A stretch of DNA of 64,000 nt from Xylographa opegraphella. Taxonomy: Eukaryota. The notes below the pieces were generated by a model. The model was not told the DNA's origin. It saw only the letters and a list, made by a program, of their open reading frames with translations, and did no database searches. Shown here in pieces: positions 36,431 to 49,986 of this stretch (the first letter of the stretch is position 1; each line of letters begins with the position of its first letter). Made by a program: the position numbers and the translations under genes. The stretch lies in assembly GCA_022813865.1 (NCBI GenBank), contig JALDZX010000024.1, positions 248,001 through 312,000 of the forward strand, in the 5' to 3' direction.

Positions 36431-37226
36431 ATGACCACCACTACCATCGCCGCAATATCTTCCTCCGATTCCTCCAACGCTTTCACCTTTCCGCCTTCAC
36501 ACTCTTACCCTCCCTTCTGGACACTGCAACCCACCCTCTCCACCCGCGCCGCCCAATTTCGCAAATGGGCTGCCCTCATCCTGGCCTACTGCCGACATCA
36601 GCGCCTCTTCTCTCTGACTCTTACCGACGCGCTCCAAACGCCTCTATTCCATAACAGCACTCTCCACAAGCGTCTTACGCTGGGCGAGGCCCGCGAGGTG
36701 ATCGACTGGATGTGCTCGAAAGGTGGGGACGGGCGCGCCGAGTGGATAGGAGCAGGAGAGGGGCGGAGCAAAGAGAGGGCGTGGATCTGGTGGCGGTCTG
36801 TGGAGGAGTGGGGGGAGGGGATACGGGAGTGGGTGCGTAGGACATATCCTGTTGTTTTTTGGTGCATGCGCGAGGGAATTGCAAGGACTTAATGGCTTTG
36901 GACGAAATCCCGGAATTGAAACGTCCGCTGACATCTTTTCCGGTATAGGTGGAGGCCACGGGCCAGAAGAACACAGTCCTTACACTATACGAGCTCACTG
37001 AGGGCGAAAGCACAGTCGATCAAGGTACCACCTCCCTAGACATGCGCCCACAGCCACCATCTACTCTCACAACCCTTCACCTAGGGGCGATCCATCTTAC
37101 TAACTGCCCGTAGACTTCCATGGTCTCGACTCGGAGGTGCTACAGCGCGCGCTAGCGGTGCTGGTGAAGCGTGGCAAGGCGCAGGTGTTTGGCAGCGCAG
37201 ACGAACAGGGAGTGAAGTTCTTCTAG
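36431..37226 (+). CDS. VPS25: ESCRT-II subunit Vps25
   Basis: FTFPPSHSYPPFWTLQP..KWAALILAYCRH..LFHNSTLHKRL..WIWWRS|VEATGQKNTVLTLYEL..|FHGLD..GVKFF*; two introns. Confidence 0.95.
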
Positions 37227-37451
37227 ATGAAGCGCAATACGGCTGAGCTTTTCGGTAACGGGAAGGGGGTCATAATAGATCGGCTTTGCTACAACTGATC
37301 GAGGCAGGGAACGCTTTGCACTGCGGGCCGATACGAGGGATGTGAGATATTCGAGCCGCGGATGCCAGAACACGGACAAGGGGACAAGAGGACAGCCGTT
37401 ATGCATTCCATGAGCCCATCCAAACGCCCAGATCCTATCCTGGACAAACGC

Positions 37452-40209
37452 CTACGCCTCAGTACTGGACCCCGCCTCCCCGGCTGTTACCTCGTACGTA
37501 TCCTCCCACCGCGCCTGCTGTGACAACGCTAGGTCCAGCATCCAATCCGTTCTTACAATCCTGGGCAACTTACCGACCGCCGTCACCATCTGCCTGAACT
37601 TGGGCCACAGGCGCTGCTCCTCAGGCTTAACCCCACTGATCAGGTAGATATACTCTAGTTCCTCGCTTCCCTCCTCCTCCTCCTCCTCGTCCAAACTGCC
37701 CACTTTCGCGGCAACGATGGAGCCAGCGCGCGCGCGGTACAGCATACATTTGCCGCCATTGACCTCGACGATGGCCTTGTAGGTGTCAAAGCCACCGTAG
37801 ATGTGCTCGGTACAGTAGATGGCCTGGCCGCGGAGCAGATGGCCATCGTTGGTACGCGCGCGAGCTGTCACGGCGGTAAGGGTGAGATTGTGGCGCGCCT
37901 CGCCCTCGGCGTCGTGGAGCGGATAGACTTCTGGGGCGAGCAACTTGTTGGCATCGAGGCATGCTTCGAGGAAATCCGTGGAGAGAATTATAGGGGCATG
38001 GGAAATCGCACAGATAAATTTCTGGGTACGCAGGATCTTGGGGGCGGCGAGGTGTGTGCAAGTGAGATAGTCGGGGGTGATGAGAATGCCGAGGTCGCGA
38101 AGACGTATCTAGGTAAAGTTAGTTGCGGAGTAAGAGATCTACGATGGGACTGACCCTGTCTTCATTCTCCTTCTTTTTGTTGTTGGACCATACCGAATAA
38201 CCTGTCACGAGCAAGCGCATAGCTGGAGCGCCCTTGGCTTTCTTCGGTCTTTTGGCAGGCCTGCTTTCGTCGTCCACATCCTCCTCTGCTTCCCGTGATA
38301 TAGACCTCTTTGGGACGAGCTCTGCTTCTCTGTTCTCGCCCTTGGTACGACCATACATGACTCCACCAACGCGCTTTCTCTCCTTCTCGTAAAGTGCGAT
38401 GTCTGGAGCCAGATTGTGGATCTTGGCCGCGGCACGATCCTTCGCCCCTCGGCTGCTAGTGGTTGAAGGTGTCTCATTTTCCTTGCCCTCAGCTTTGAAA
38501 CGGGAAGTAGCAGGTGTCCTGAGTGGAGGCCCCTCACTAAGTCGACGAGGCTCTTTGACAACCTTGGGCGTCGTGCCTTCCGAATTGCGTGACTTATGAA
38601 TTGGAAGCTTCTCGTTCGATGAGCTTGGCGGTTGTACTGCACTACTGTTCGATATCTTATTCTTTGCAATAGCCGGATCCATGATCTCTACTGGATCAAG
38701 AAGACCGTCGTCCTCCAAGCCCTCTTGAGGCTTGCCCTCTTTCGGAAAGAAGTTCCGCTCAAGCGACTGACGATCTATTGGGGTTTGTCCAACTACCTCA
38801 CTCAGATTTGTCCTTGGTGGGAAATGTGTATACCGTGTGTTCGTTAGGCTTTGTATCTGCCACTTTGCATAGCTTTCCTCCAACCACAGATGGTTGATCA
38901 TGTTGATATTCCACTCCTTCGCTGCATCGCACTTTTCACTAACCTGGTGAGCTGTTATCAAATGTGTGTTGTCTTGCTTCATCGTCTTCGTGAATTCGCA
39001 GCCAGCCGCCTTAGCAAGATTCTCCAAGTAAATACGAGCTTCGCCATTGTAGTTTGATAGACTGATACGGAACTTCTTGAAGCCCGGTAGTCCACCGCGT
39101 GCGATAGGGTAATGTAGCAAACGACGTAAAGGTGACGTCCACGCATTATGTGTTATAAGATGATAGAGCCACGGGAGGTTTCCGACAACTTTTCCCTCCC
39201 ATGACGCAGTCTTGTACTCGATTCCTTCACGATAATGACAGATGTAGATATCAGCCTTATTGACGCTTCCAGCGATACTCCCGCCGGCACTCTTGATCAG
39301 GTCCTCGATCGTGCGACGAAGATGACTTCCAATCTCAAGATCCTTAGACAACGTCACAGATTTGTCTTTGAAGACATTCAACCGTCTCCTCTCTGGACTT
39401 GGAGACCCAGTCTGAGTTGGAACAGGACCAGGTTGTGCTGATATGGCGCTTCGCAGGTCTGGCCTTGCCGTCTCAGGGATACGATCTGTAAGAGCCTTTC
39501 GCATAATCTCAGGGTTGGGCAATATGTACGGACCCTCGTCGATACGTCTCCCAAGTCGCAAGCAATCATCGAACCTAACGAGTCAATGAAAGTTCAAAGA
39601 TTGATGATTCCAAATTCCTCACCAATGTGGTAGCACGATCTTGCAATCTAGATTCTTGGCCACTGCGATCTGGCAGGCCGCCGGGTCCATATTTAAGGCC
39701 ACCATATGTGTCACGGCCTTGGTGATGGCACTCGAGTAAAGCCCTCCCATCGCAAGCACACCGCCCACAATAGCATCTTTGTCTCCGTCAGGCAGATCGG
39801 CTGTGCACACCACCAAGCCCGAAAAGAACAGTCGCGGATCTGGGCTGTGAGAGCGAGGATTTGCATGTCGCCTCTTCGCGACCGAAGCGTCAACCCAGCT
39901 CGGGGTTACCACGGGTACCAACAAATCCTCTGCCTTCTCGTATCCTTCAAAGTCGATTGTTGATGAAATGACATGTGTGAGACCATCAAAGGAGATGTTG
40001 GCATTATTGGCGGATGGAGCATGCTGAACAGCTCCATTGTCTTTGAGAGCCTTAACAAGCTGAGGGATGGTCAGTCTGGATATGTCCCTCTACGGGGTGT
40101 GGTATTGTACCTTTGTTGCCAAATTAGGTCCAAGTTCCCCGCTCTCTACAATATAGAACTGTATCTGGGAGAAGAGGGGCACATTTCCTGGTTGATTAGG
40201 GTCGGCCAT
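37452..40209 (-). CDS. RTT107: Multi-BRCT DNA-repair scaffold (Rtt107/Brc1)
   Basis: Repeated BRCT signatures (VVTPSWV, GGVLAMGG..VTHMV..IVLPHW, SPLRRLLHYP, ISLSNYNGEARIYL, NHLWLEESYAKW, DWMLD); ATG at 40209, three inferred introns. Confidence 0.92.
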
Positions 40210-40921
40210 GATCCAGAGGCTTGCACAACGTCACAAAACCACCGACGACGAAGCTGTACGCTTTTGGTACTTCAAGATTGTTGCGTCGCGAGATTGTGAC
40301 TCGGCACGTCAAGAGCGCGGCTTGTCACGCTAAAATAATAACTTACGTGATATATTCAGCCACGATAGGTGACAGGGACTTTTTGTGCCACCTCATCCAA
40401 GGTAATCTACGATACACATATTGTCTGGCGCCTTTGGACTATCCGTTATACTGCTCAGTATGAAAGGATCCTGTGGTTGGTTCTTTGAGGCGCTCTCTAC
40501 ATGATCGAGTTGATGCATATGGAATTAGAGCAAGATCCGAGATACCTTACCCGAGATACCTTACGACTGCGAAAAGTTTTGTGCGACTATGAACCCGATC
40601 AAACCGTAAAGAGGAGCACAATTTAATATCACAATAGTCACAATATCATTGCAAAATGTCGAAAGATATTGATAAACCGGTTTCTGTTACTGTCCTTTCA
40701 AAAGCAATGACCATCGCCTTACCCTACACACCACACTCTTGTTAAAACCATAAAATTCCGTTAGTACCACATGTATTTGGATGGTATTTGTGGCATTAAG
40801 AATCATGGCTATTGTCAAATTAGCTTCACTCTCACGCCTAACCTGTTCTATGCTTTCCAGATATTCGCTCTACACCTCCACTCGTTTTGACTGGTGCCAA
40901 AACGACCCGCTTCCATATCCA

Positions 40922-41635
40922 TTACCGATCTGAAGTCGCTGCTGTTTCCAATTCAGAGAGTCGAAACTCCAAATATCTTTGAGCAAGGATGATAGCCAAC
41001 GCAGACATTTGATCGGTCGGAACTCGGCCTCCGTTGGAAGCAGACGAGCTGGGAGAGTTAAAGCAGGAGCAATGGTTGCACCTGCACGAAGCTGGAGACG
41101 AGCTATTAGAGCAAGTGTTAATGCTGGGCTCGACGGCGGTTGGACAATCGCCCAATGAAGGAGAAGCCCCTTCAGTGCTCGAATGGTCGTTAAGTTCTTG
41201 GACTGTTGGCCTTGAGTGACTGTCGCATGGAATCTGATCGAGCAGTGACCGCGGAAGAGCTATAGCTTCGCCTGGAGACGAGGGCGTATAGGCGCTGTAA
41301 ACGCTCGAGGATTCCGTTGCAGCGGACAGACTACTCGAGCGGATTTGAGTGGTTTGCGACAGAACTGAAGAAGCATCAGCTCCGTGATCGTCATCGCACT
41401 CCTTGTTCGATTCGCAGTGAAACGGGGCGATCTTGAATACAGTGATCCATAGGAAGCCGAGTCCCAGTACGAGCCAGAAACCGATGACGCAAGCGATGGC
41501 GCGGGCGAGTTCAACACATACTGCACAGATGGAGAATGGGGAGGTTAACGATGCGTACCGATGGGGTGATTCGGCACCATCACGCATGACACTTGCAGAG
41601 CGAGGGGTGGCAGGCTCAGGGGAGCCATGAACCAA
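40922..41635 (-). CDS. Hypothetical Ser-rich protein with one hydrophobic segment
   Basis: 237-codon ORF containing IACVIGFWLVLGLGFLWITVF followed by a Ser-rich region; start unclear (track uses TTG); no family recognised. Confidence 0.35.
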   Translation of the reverse strand: MVHGSPEPATPRSASVMRDGAESPHRYASLTSPFSICAVCVELARAIACVIGFWLVLGLGFLWITVFKIAPFHCESNKECDDDHGADASSVLSQTTQIRSSSLSAATESSSVYSAYTPSSPGEAIALPRSLLDQIPCDSHSRPTVQELNDHSSTEGASPSLGDCPTAVEPSINTCSNSSSPASCRCNHCSCFNSPSSSASNGGRVPTDQMSALAIILAQRYLEFRLSELETAATSDR

Positions 41636-43424
41636 GCTTGAGAACTCAGGGCGTGGCGTCTGAGGGAGGCGATGCGTTGGAACGAGCTGTATGTTGGCAA
41701 TTAAAATTGGAGCGGTGCACCGGCGGTGGAAGATTTAAGAGTGGCGTGACATCTCTATGTTGAATTGGTTGAGAAGTTAGACAAAGGACTTGAAATCGAA
41801 TGCTAGCTGTTGGTAGTGATGATTGAGCAATGCTGTGTAAGAAGTCGACAGATGTCAAGGCTGAAAAGGCTCATAGTGAGATGAGGAAGACAGGCAGAAG
41901 AAACCTCTTATATGCAGGATCTGGACAGCGGACAGAAACCACTATACACAATAAAGCCATTGTATTACGACGAAGACTTTGTTATCCTTAAATCCATGAA
42001 AGACAACAAAAGAACTATTGAGCGCGAATGGACGATACTCGTTGTCATTAACACTACTTCTACTCAATGCCATGCTAATGACCAAAGAAAGCCCACGAAC
42101 GAAAACCGATCCCTTGAATCCTGGCTTTGTTGAATATTACGTAGCATTAGAAGCTCTTTCGCGTTTCACAGAAAAACATGAAAATGATATTGCTCTGATA
42201 TTGCTCTGTGGAACGTGCTAGAAAATAGGTATTGACCGGTACAAGAATGAATTAAAGAACACTGGTATGCTCGATATGCACGAAACAGAACCATTGATCC
42301 TCGTGCTGTGGATGTTAATTGGAGGGCGGCTGGCAGTGCGAGTCAGGCTTGCTTGACTTCTGACCTTCTATTCTGGTATTCTAACAGGGAGGAACGCTAG
42401 ATAATAAGCTATAAGTTAATGGCAAGACTATTTCAGGTACATACAGTATGGAGCATCAGGTTGCCTCACCGTACCACGTGCTACGAGGCTGAATCCGCGC
42501 CCGATGTAACTTTCCCCTTTATGTGCTTGGTACATGAAATATTCTGACCTTTCCTTTCCTCAAGCCCGCAGCCCTTCGAGCACCAGCCCCGGATCAATAA
42601 TAGCTATACGGCGCACTGGTAGTTCAAAGTATTACGCCCACATACATCACAAAATCAGGATAAACAGCGACAGCGCAGCTGCTTTCTCAATGACTGCAAT
42701 ACTAATTGACTAAGTAGACAAGCGCACGATAGTTATTTACCATGCCAGCACAGCCCTCGTATCGTCGCAGTCAGTCTTTCATTTCAACCGAAAAGCTCAG
42801 TCCTGATCCATGTGGCCATTATCTGACTCTCTCTGCCTCCGATTTTCAGATGCGTGCACTTGCGCCTCTTCATGATTTTAGTGTCTACATACAGAGAAGA
42901 GCCCATCTCGTTGTAGCATTTCGAGGTGTGTGATGCGAATTTGCGGTAGAGCGATCAAAAAAAGGCGGTGGTGGTAATTATTGTTTCCGGTTCTGTAAAC
43001 TAGCATAGTAGCTAGAATACAAGCCTGCCGTGACCCTAAGATAAGGTTACCTTATCGATAAGAGCTTGCAACCTGAGAAGCGTGTAAGTTCTTGGCGTGC
43101 ATGATGCGATTCTGATCGCTCAACACTTTGCGCCTGCCTCAGCTTTCCTCTTTACCGTCACCACCACAATCCCCTCCCTTGTGACGAAACAAGTAATGAT
43201 CAGCACAGAGGGCAGTTTGCGGACCATCGTGTAACGGTATAGGGTTCACGCTCCTCAAATTTCACAAAAGGCGCGGTGCCATCTAGGCATCGGTAAGTCC
43301 AACATGTGAGAGGAGGTGGGATACCGGACCAAGGCAGGCGCTCTTTTTCATTCGGACTGTCTCTCTTCTCTTGATAGCGATGATCACGGGAGCTAACACG
43401 TTATCTTTACGTGATAGTCGCTGG

Positions 43425-43590
43425 GAAAGGGATGGGAATACTAGGATATGAACACAGGGATAAGAATAACTGGATAGAAATACAGGAATAGAGATGCTGG
43501 GATATAAACACAAAATAGGAACACCGGGATAGAAACACAGGAATAAGAACACCAGGATATACATGTGGGACCAGGAATACTGGGATAGCA
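43425..43590. repeat. Degenerate purine-rich ~14-16 bp repeat array
   Basis: About ten imperfect copies of a GGATA/GGAATA..(A/C)AC motif, e.g. ggatatgaacaca, ggatagaaataca, ggatataaacaca, ggatagaaacaca. Confidence 0.6.
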
Positions 43591-44084
43591 ATACTATACT
43601 GGGGCTACCGGGGTTGGGAGAGGCTTGAGAATGGCCTGCAAGAGGGGGCACCGGTGGTGGAGCTGGCTCCTCGACTGGAGCTCACTCTGGGATGCAAAAT
43701 ACTGGAATCTGCAGAGCGCGGAGAGAGGTCTGGGAGCGGAAGCATCAGCTGATGAACTTGGTCCCTCGGCCGGAAGTCTTGAGGGAGCCAAAGGCTAGGC
43801 CACTTCGAACGGTGGTGTCCTCCACAAATCTTGAACTGTTGTTGACAATAGCCTCCATGACGATCATGACGCTGCGAACGTGATAAAGCGAATGCGATTT
43901 GACTGGGTTCTCGACTTCGTATCGATCAATTCTCATCTTTGCAAGTAGCTGCAAACATCATATTGCCGTTTTCCTATGTTGGCTATTCGGGGTATAGAAA
44001 TGCAGCGTCCACACCATTGAAACACGCACACTATCATCGCCCGCTCGTCCTCCACACCAACCGCTGTTATTGCAAGCAAATCTC

Positions 44085-46354
44085 TCAGACCGACAATTCA
44101 TGGCTCTTGTCCACAAACGTATCGCTCGAGTCATCTTCGGTCTCGAATTTGTATAGCTCTGGACAGACTGCGTCTTTCTTGAAGAGGACCCATCGCTTGA
44201 TCCACCACGGAAGTACCTTCGTCAGCTGGTAGTGTGCGTGCGTACGTGTGGGCACTGCGAATACGTAGTCCAGTTCTTCGAGTGTGCGCTTCATGGTCTC
44301 TGGAAGGAACAGGAAAATCATAACGAGAGCAAGAACATTGAGCGCAGCATAGAAGCCGAAAGCACCTTGGATGGTCATTGCCTGGATCATTCGCGGAAAC
44401 GTCAACGATAGAACTGCAGCCCAAAAATTGTTCGTTGCCACAGCCCAGGACATGCCCACTTCACGATGGGAGAGCGGAAATACTTCGGCGGAGTAGGTGA
44501 ATGGCACTGGCCCCTCGCCAGGGGAATAGAAGGCGTCGAACAGGTAGATAAACAACGCCACGGCACCCAGTTGAGCGTTGCTCCCAGTTCCGCTTGAGGC
44601 TGGTATGAAGAAACACATGCCAGCGGCAAGTAAGGTCCAGAACATCTGAGGGAAGGTGAAGATAAGGAGACCGCGGCGTCCAAAGGTGTCGATCGTCCAC
44701 ACAGCCGGCCATGCAAAGATGAAGTTAATCAACCCAAAGCCCCATGACGCAAGAAGTGCACCAATATTGGACGCACCAGCTTGCGCAAATACCGTAGAAG
44801 AGTAAAAGGCAATGATGTTAACTATATTCATAACCATTGTCAGCTTCCGCCTGTCGTGAATATGTGACCGTGCGAAGAATGAACAGACTTACTTCCGCAC
44901 ATTTGTTGAGCAATCATAACTATACCAGAGGCTTGAGTAGCACGACGAACTCTCGGGATCGTAAATAGCTCCATGAAACGTGTGAAGAAATTCGAGTGGA
45001 CTGAGAGACCGGATTCCTCAATCAGCAGCTCTTCCTGGACAAGTTGAGCATGAATGAAGTAGATATCTCGTGCCGCTTGAAGAGGAGTGTTTCGCAGTCT
45101 GTCAAGTGACTTGAAAGCCTTAGAATGCTTATTTTTCTTCAAAAGCCATCTTGGCGACTCAGGGCAATACCAAATGCCTAGCACGAGTGGTATGGCTGGG
45201 ATGAAAGCAGAGCCCAATTGCAGGCGCCAAGTAATGTCACCAACGTTGACAACTACGAGATTGGCGCAAGTCCCCAAGAATATACCAAATGCGGTCCAGA
45301 GTTGCCACGACATTACAAGACCTCCTCGAATATTTGTTGGCGCGATTTCGGAGGAGAATACGGGAACCGTAACCTCCTTCAGACCCATACCAATGCCGAG
45401 AAGGATACGGCATGCAATAAGCTGGCCATATGTTTGTGAGCAAGCCATACCGATAGGCGCTAACAGACTGAAGATGGCTCCTAGAAAAATCGTTCCTCGG
45501 CGACCCAGATAATTATTCAGAGGATCCGACATCCAGCCAGCGCTACGAGGACGAGGGGTCAGCATGATCCTCGAGCATGTGAATACTGCGAATGCATGGC
45601 TTACAAAAGAGCAATTGCGATATAGGGACACGAGTTGATGAATCCCACCAGCCAAGCATTTGAAGCGCAAGTTCCAGCGGCCGTGCACGCGTCACCGCTG
45701 TCTGGAATGCCCAAGGCGGTTGGGAAGGAAAGATTGGCTCCGTTGGATCCTATGACTTGCATCAGCAATAGACGTACACCTCCACCAGCGCTGTACCGTA
45801 CCGGTCTGATCCCATCCTTGAATGGCCGCAGCTATAGAGTTCAAGATGATAGTGAAGTAGAGAATCTTCGGGTGTTTCCACCGATGCGCTGTTTCGTTAC
45901 GTAGAGCGTCACGTTCATGTTCATCGAGTTCCGGCATACTCTCGTAGCCATGAGGACGCTGTGCGACCAAGGCACCCTTGCGAAGGATCGGAAGGATATC
46001 CATAAGCTGGTACTCCTGGGCGTAGTCTTCGACATCTCGCATCAGCTGGGCCTTGGGGATACCGATCAGAGGATTGCGGATCCTGTGTCAAATGTGAGCG
46101 ACCATGATGGAACGGCGCCTGGTTGACCTACTCTCCGGTGACGTTCGAGTTCAGTTGAGCGACACTTTTGCGGCGGCGCTCCTCAGCGTTGACGGTGGAG
46201 CCGCCAGTCTTCGAACTGACATATGCCTGGTCATGGTCGGAGAGCTGTTCCGGACTGTATAATGAAAGCAGTAGTTAGTGATCAGCTCTCCTGTGCTTCA
46301 TCTGTGATAAGGAGGCTTCGCTACGAACGTGGTTATCTCTTTCTCGGCCGACAT
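44085..46354 (-). CDS. MFS sugar porter (polyol/myo-inositol transporter-like)
   Basis: MSAEKEIT|..|[87 protein letters not shown]; about five introns. Confidence 0.93.
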
Positions 46355-47785
46355 TCTGGTAGTGTGCGATTGAAACTCTGCCGGGCCAACTTGAATATGG
46401 CAGGAAACGGCTGAAGCTTCGGGCTTTTGTATTCCAACCGATGAGGCAGGGATTACGCCCGGGCGAGTTTAGGTAGTCTAGCTCAGCCGTGCCGCTGTGC
46501 TACCCCGCACCAACCTGCCCACCTCGCCCTAGTCGATCCGGACTGTGACCGGGGTGGCCGACGAGTGATGGCTGACGAGTCTCTGGGTCTGAGTGACTCG
46601 AGGGGCTGAAGCACAGTCAGCTGCTTGTCGAACTATATCAAGTTCCCTATTCCTTTCGATCCCGTGACGTCGCGATGGATGAGGGCTGCGCGGATGTGGA
46701 ATTCCCCGAATCCTGACTGGGGAGTACATAGTGCAGTATACCGGATCAGCAAGCTCGGGACAGGTTCGTCTTATAACGTTACATTTCGAGTTGGGCTTGC
46801 GTCAACGATCCCATCATCCCAGCGCTTCGTTTCGGAAAAGGATGTTCGCGTGACTTCCGTTTGCAGCCTACCTTACCAGCCAAGCCAGCCAATCGTACGA
46901 TGAGACTACGGCGACTACAAGTACTACAGTAGGTATGGGTTCGCGGTCAGAAAATGTCAATGCTGACCGGAATAAGGTAATTGACCACTCTCCGCTCTTC
47001 CACGGTAGGCTTCATATTGGCTTGCAAAAGGCGTCGGTCGTTGGCTACCCGGAGTGAAGCGAGCCGTTGGCTGCCTTACCTAAGGTAAGGTAAAGTACGC
47101 TAATAGATGACCACTCAGATGCGCTTGTCTTATATTGTATTAGCTCGATGCGGTGGAGGTGCAGGGGCCACCTGCTACCTGACGACCACCTTACCGTATC
47201 TCCCGCCTTCAACTTTGCCTACCTACCTTGAGGTAGTATAGTAGGTACCAAAGGTTCTAATGCTTACTACCTTCCCTAGCAGTCGCCGTTTGTTGATTTA
47301 TTCCTAAGGTATTCCCTGCGCATGGTCCGTTTCCCAGCTTTTCCTGCCTCCAACGGTAAGCTCGATCTCGATCGAGCATACTCCGTACATCATTGTGGAG
47401 GAGTGGGTACGAAGCAGAATGCTTTATGCAAGCATTAAGCTGATCGAAAAGTGTTGCGGAACACCATGCCTGAGGTAAGGCAGGTATAACCGAAGCAAAA
47501 CGCTACGAGATTGATGCATCCAGGACGATACGAGAGGGTGTACTACTAGATGTGCCTTGAGAGCACTTGCGATTGATCTAGACTTTCTCGAAGCCCGTGG
47601 TCCTCGTGGGTCTGCCCTCCATTATGCATCTGTGCCTAGATTGTTTCTCCTGCTTGCATGAAGTGCTAGCATACTAGTATTACACCTCCAACATGAATGC
47701 AATATGTGACTTTGAAGACCCATCGCGCCCGAAAGATCCAAAATTTACCTCCGTGGATACGCCGCGGTCATTTTATTGATTTTTG

Positions 47786-47897
47786 CTTCGGTCCCTCAGA
47801 CGTGGCGCACTTAAGGTGCCTGCTCCTAACTTGTTCGTCAGCAAAATAAGAGCACCAATCCGTAGGGGCTTAGTGCGCCACGTCTGAGGGACTGAAG
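47786..47897. repeat. Inverted repeat / hairpin with 26-bp arms and 60-nt spacer (MITE-like or structured RNA)
   Basis: cttcggtccctcagacgtggcgcact (47786-47811) versus agtgcgccacgtctgagggactgaag (47872-47897); 25/26 complementary. Confidence 0.85.
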
Positions 47898-48274
47898 TTA
47901 GTAGGTACTGTGGTAACTCGACGTACTGGGGCTTACATGTAGGTTCTACACATATTATTTGTGTAGGTTCTACTTTAGGGTACCTCTGATATCAATTGTT
48001 CTTTTGTCCCAGTGGGTAAACCCTCCGTTAGTCCCCATGGCGCAAAGTACTGAGGCAAACCGATTTCGTGCTTCATCTCCAGCTTAGTCATCTAATGTAT
48101 ACAAAGGAGCTAGCCAAGAAGGTATTAAGGTGAGTCCCGCAATCGAAATCTCGAATGTGGTGTCGCATGGACCATTTGCACCGAGCTTCCGCAGATAGCT
48201 GACCAGCTAAACAAAGAGGACTCTCTGGTGCATTCCGCAAACTGCTTGGTCGTACTTCGCCCTTAGCCACCACC

Positions 48275-49227
<953 letters not shown>

Positions 49228-49986
49228 ACAGTTTCTAGTCAATAATCTGAACGTATCACAGTTGAACCATCGTGGAGTAGTGGCAGCTCAACTCACGATG
49301 TTCACGGAATCACATGATATTCTATACAGAGGTAGACAAAGGCAGGATTACAGTATCTTTCTTTTCCACCTCCTCAATATGGGGATCACCCTATTACCTG
49401 CCATGTCTCGCTATCAAGTTTGACGTCGAGGAAGCGAACCTATTCGCAGTGAAATAGTTGGACAGCAGAATTCGGCCTTCGACAGGGGTCCCTGGCAGTT
49501 GGTTGTGCGCGTTCCGCCAGTAGAGTTCGAGCATGCTTCCCTCTCCGTCTGCTTCGGCAAAGGTAGATGATTTCATTCGTGATAGTTGTAGCTGCAAGCT
49601 GTTTCCTGCGCTTCCTATCAATGAATCTGCTATTGTCAGCCGGTCTGCCTCGACTATTATCGTGGGCCCCTATGATAGGGTCTACTTCCTCCATTGTAGC
49701 GCTTTGGCGGTGATGGCTTTATCTAAACCACTGGATCCATTGTTGAGATCGTTGTCTGCAGACTGGCATCATTGTAATTATGGGATCTTAGTTCATAGGT
49801 TCCTGCGGGGAACCACCATAAGGCAATGCGCATTCACACTTATAAATCCTTTGTGTTATTGTGCTTTCTATAAGATCAACATGTTCTACGATGATTAACT
49901 TAGTCACTTTTCAATCATCTGGTATTGCCTACCAGTCACATTCATTTAGTCTGTAGGAACCTTCTGTATCTTTGTCTCTTTACATC

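Noticed and set aside
40537..40564. 14-bp direct duplication ccgagataccttac x2
   Set aside because: Simple local slippage with no associated element.
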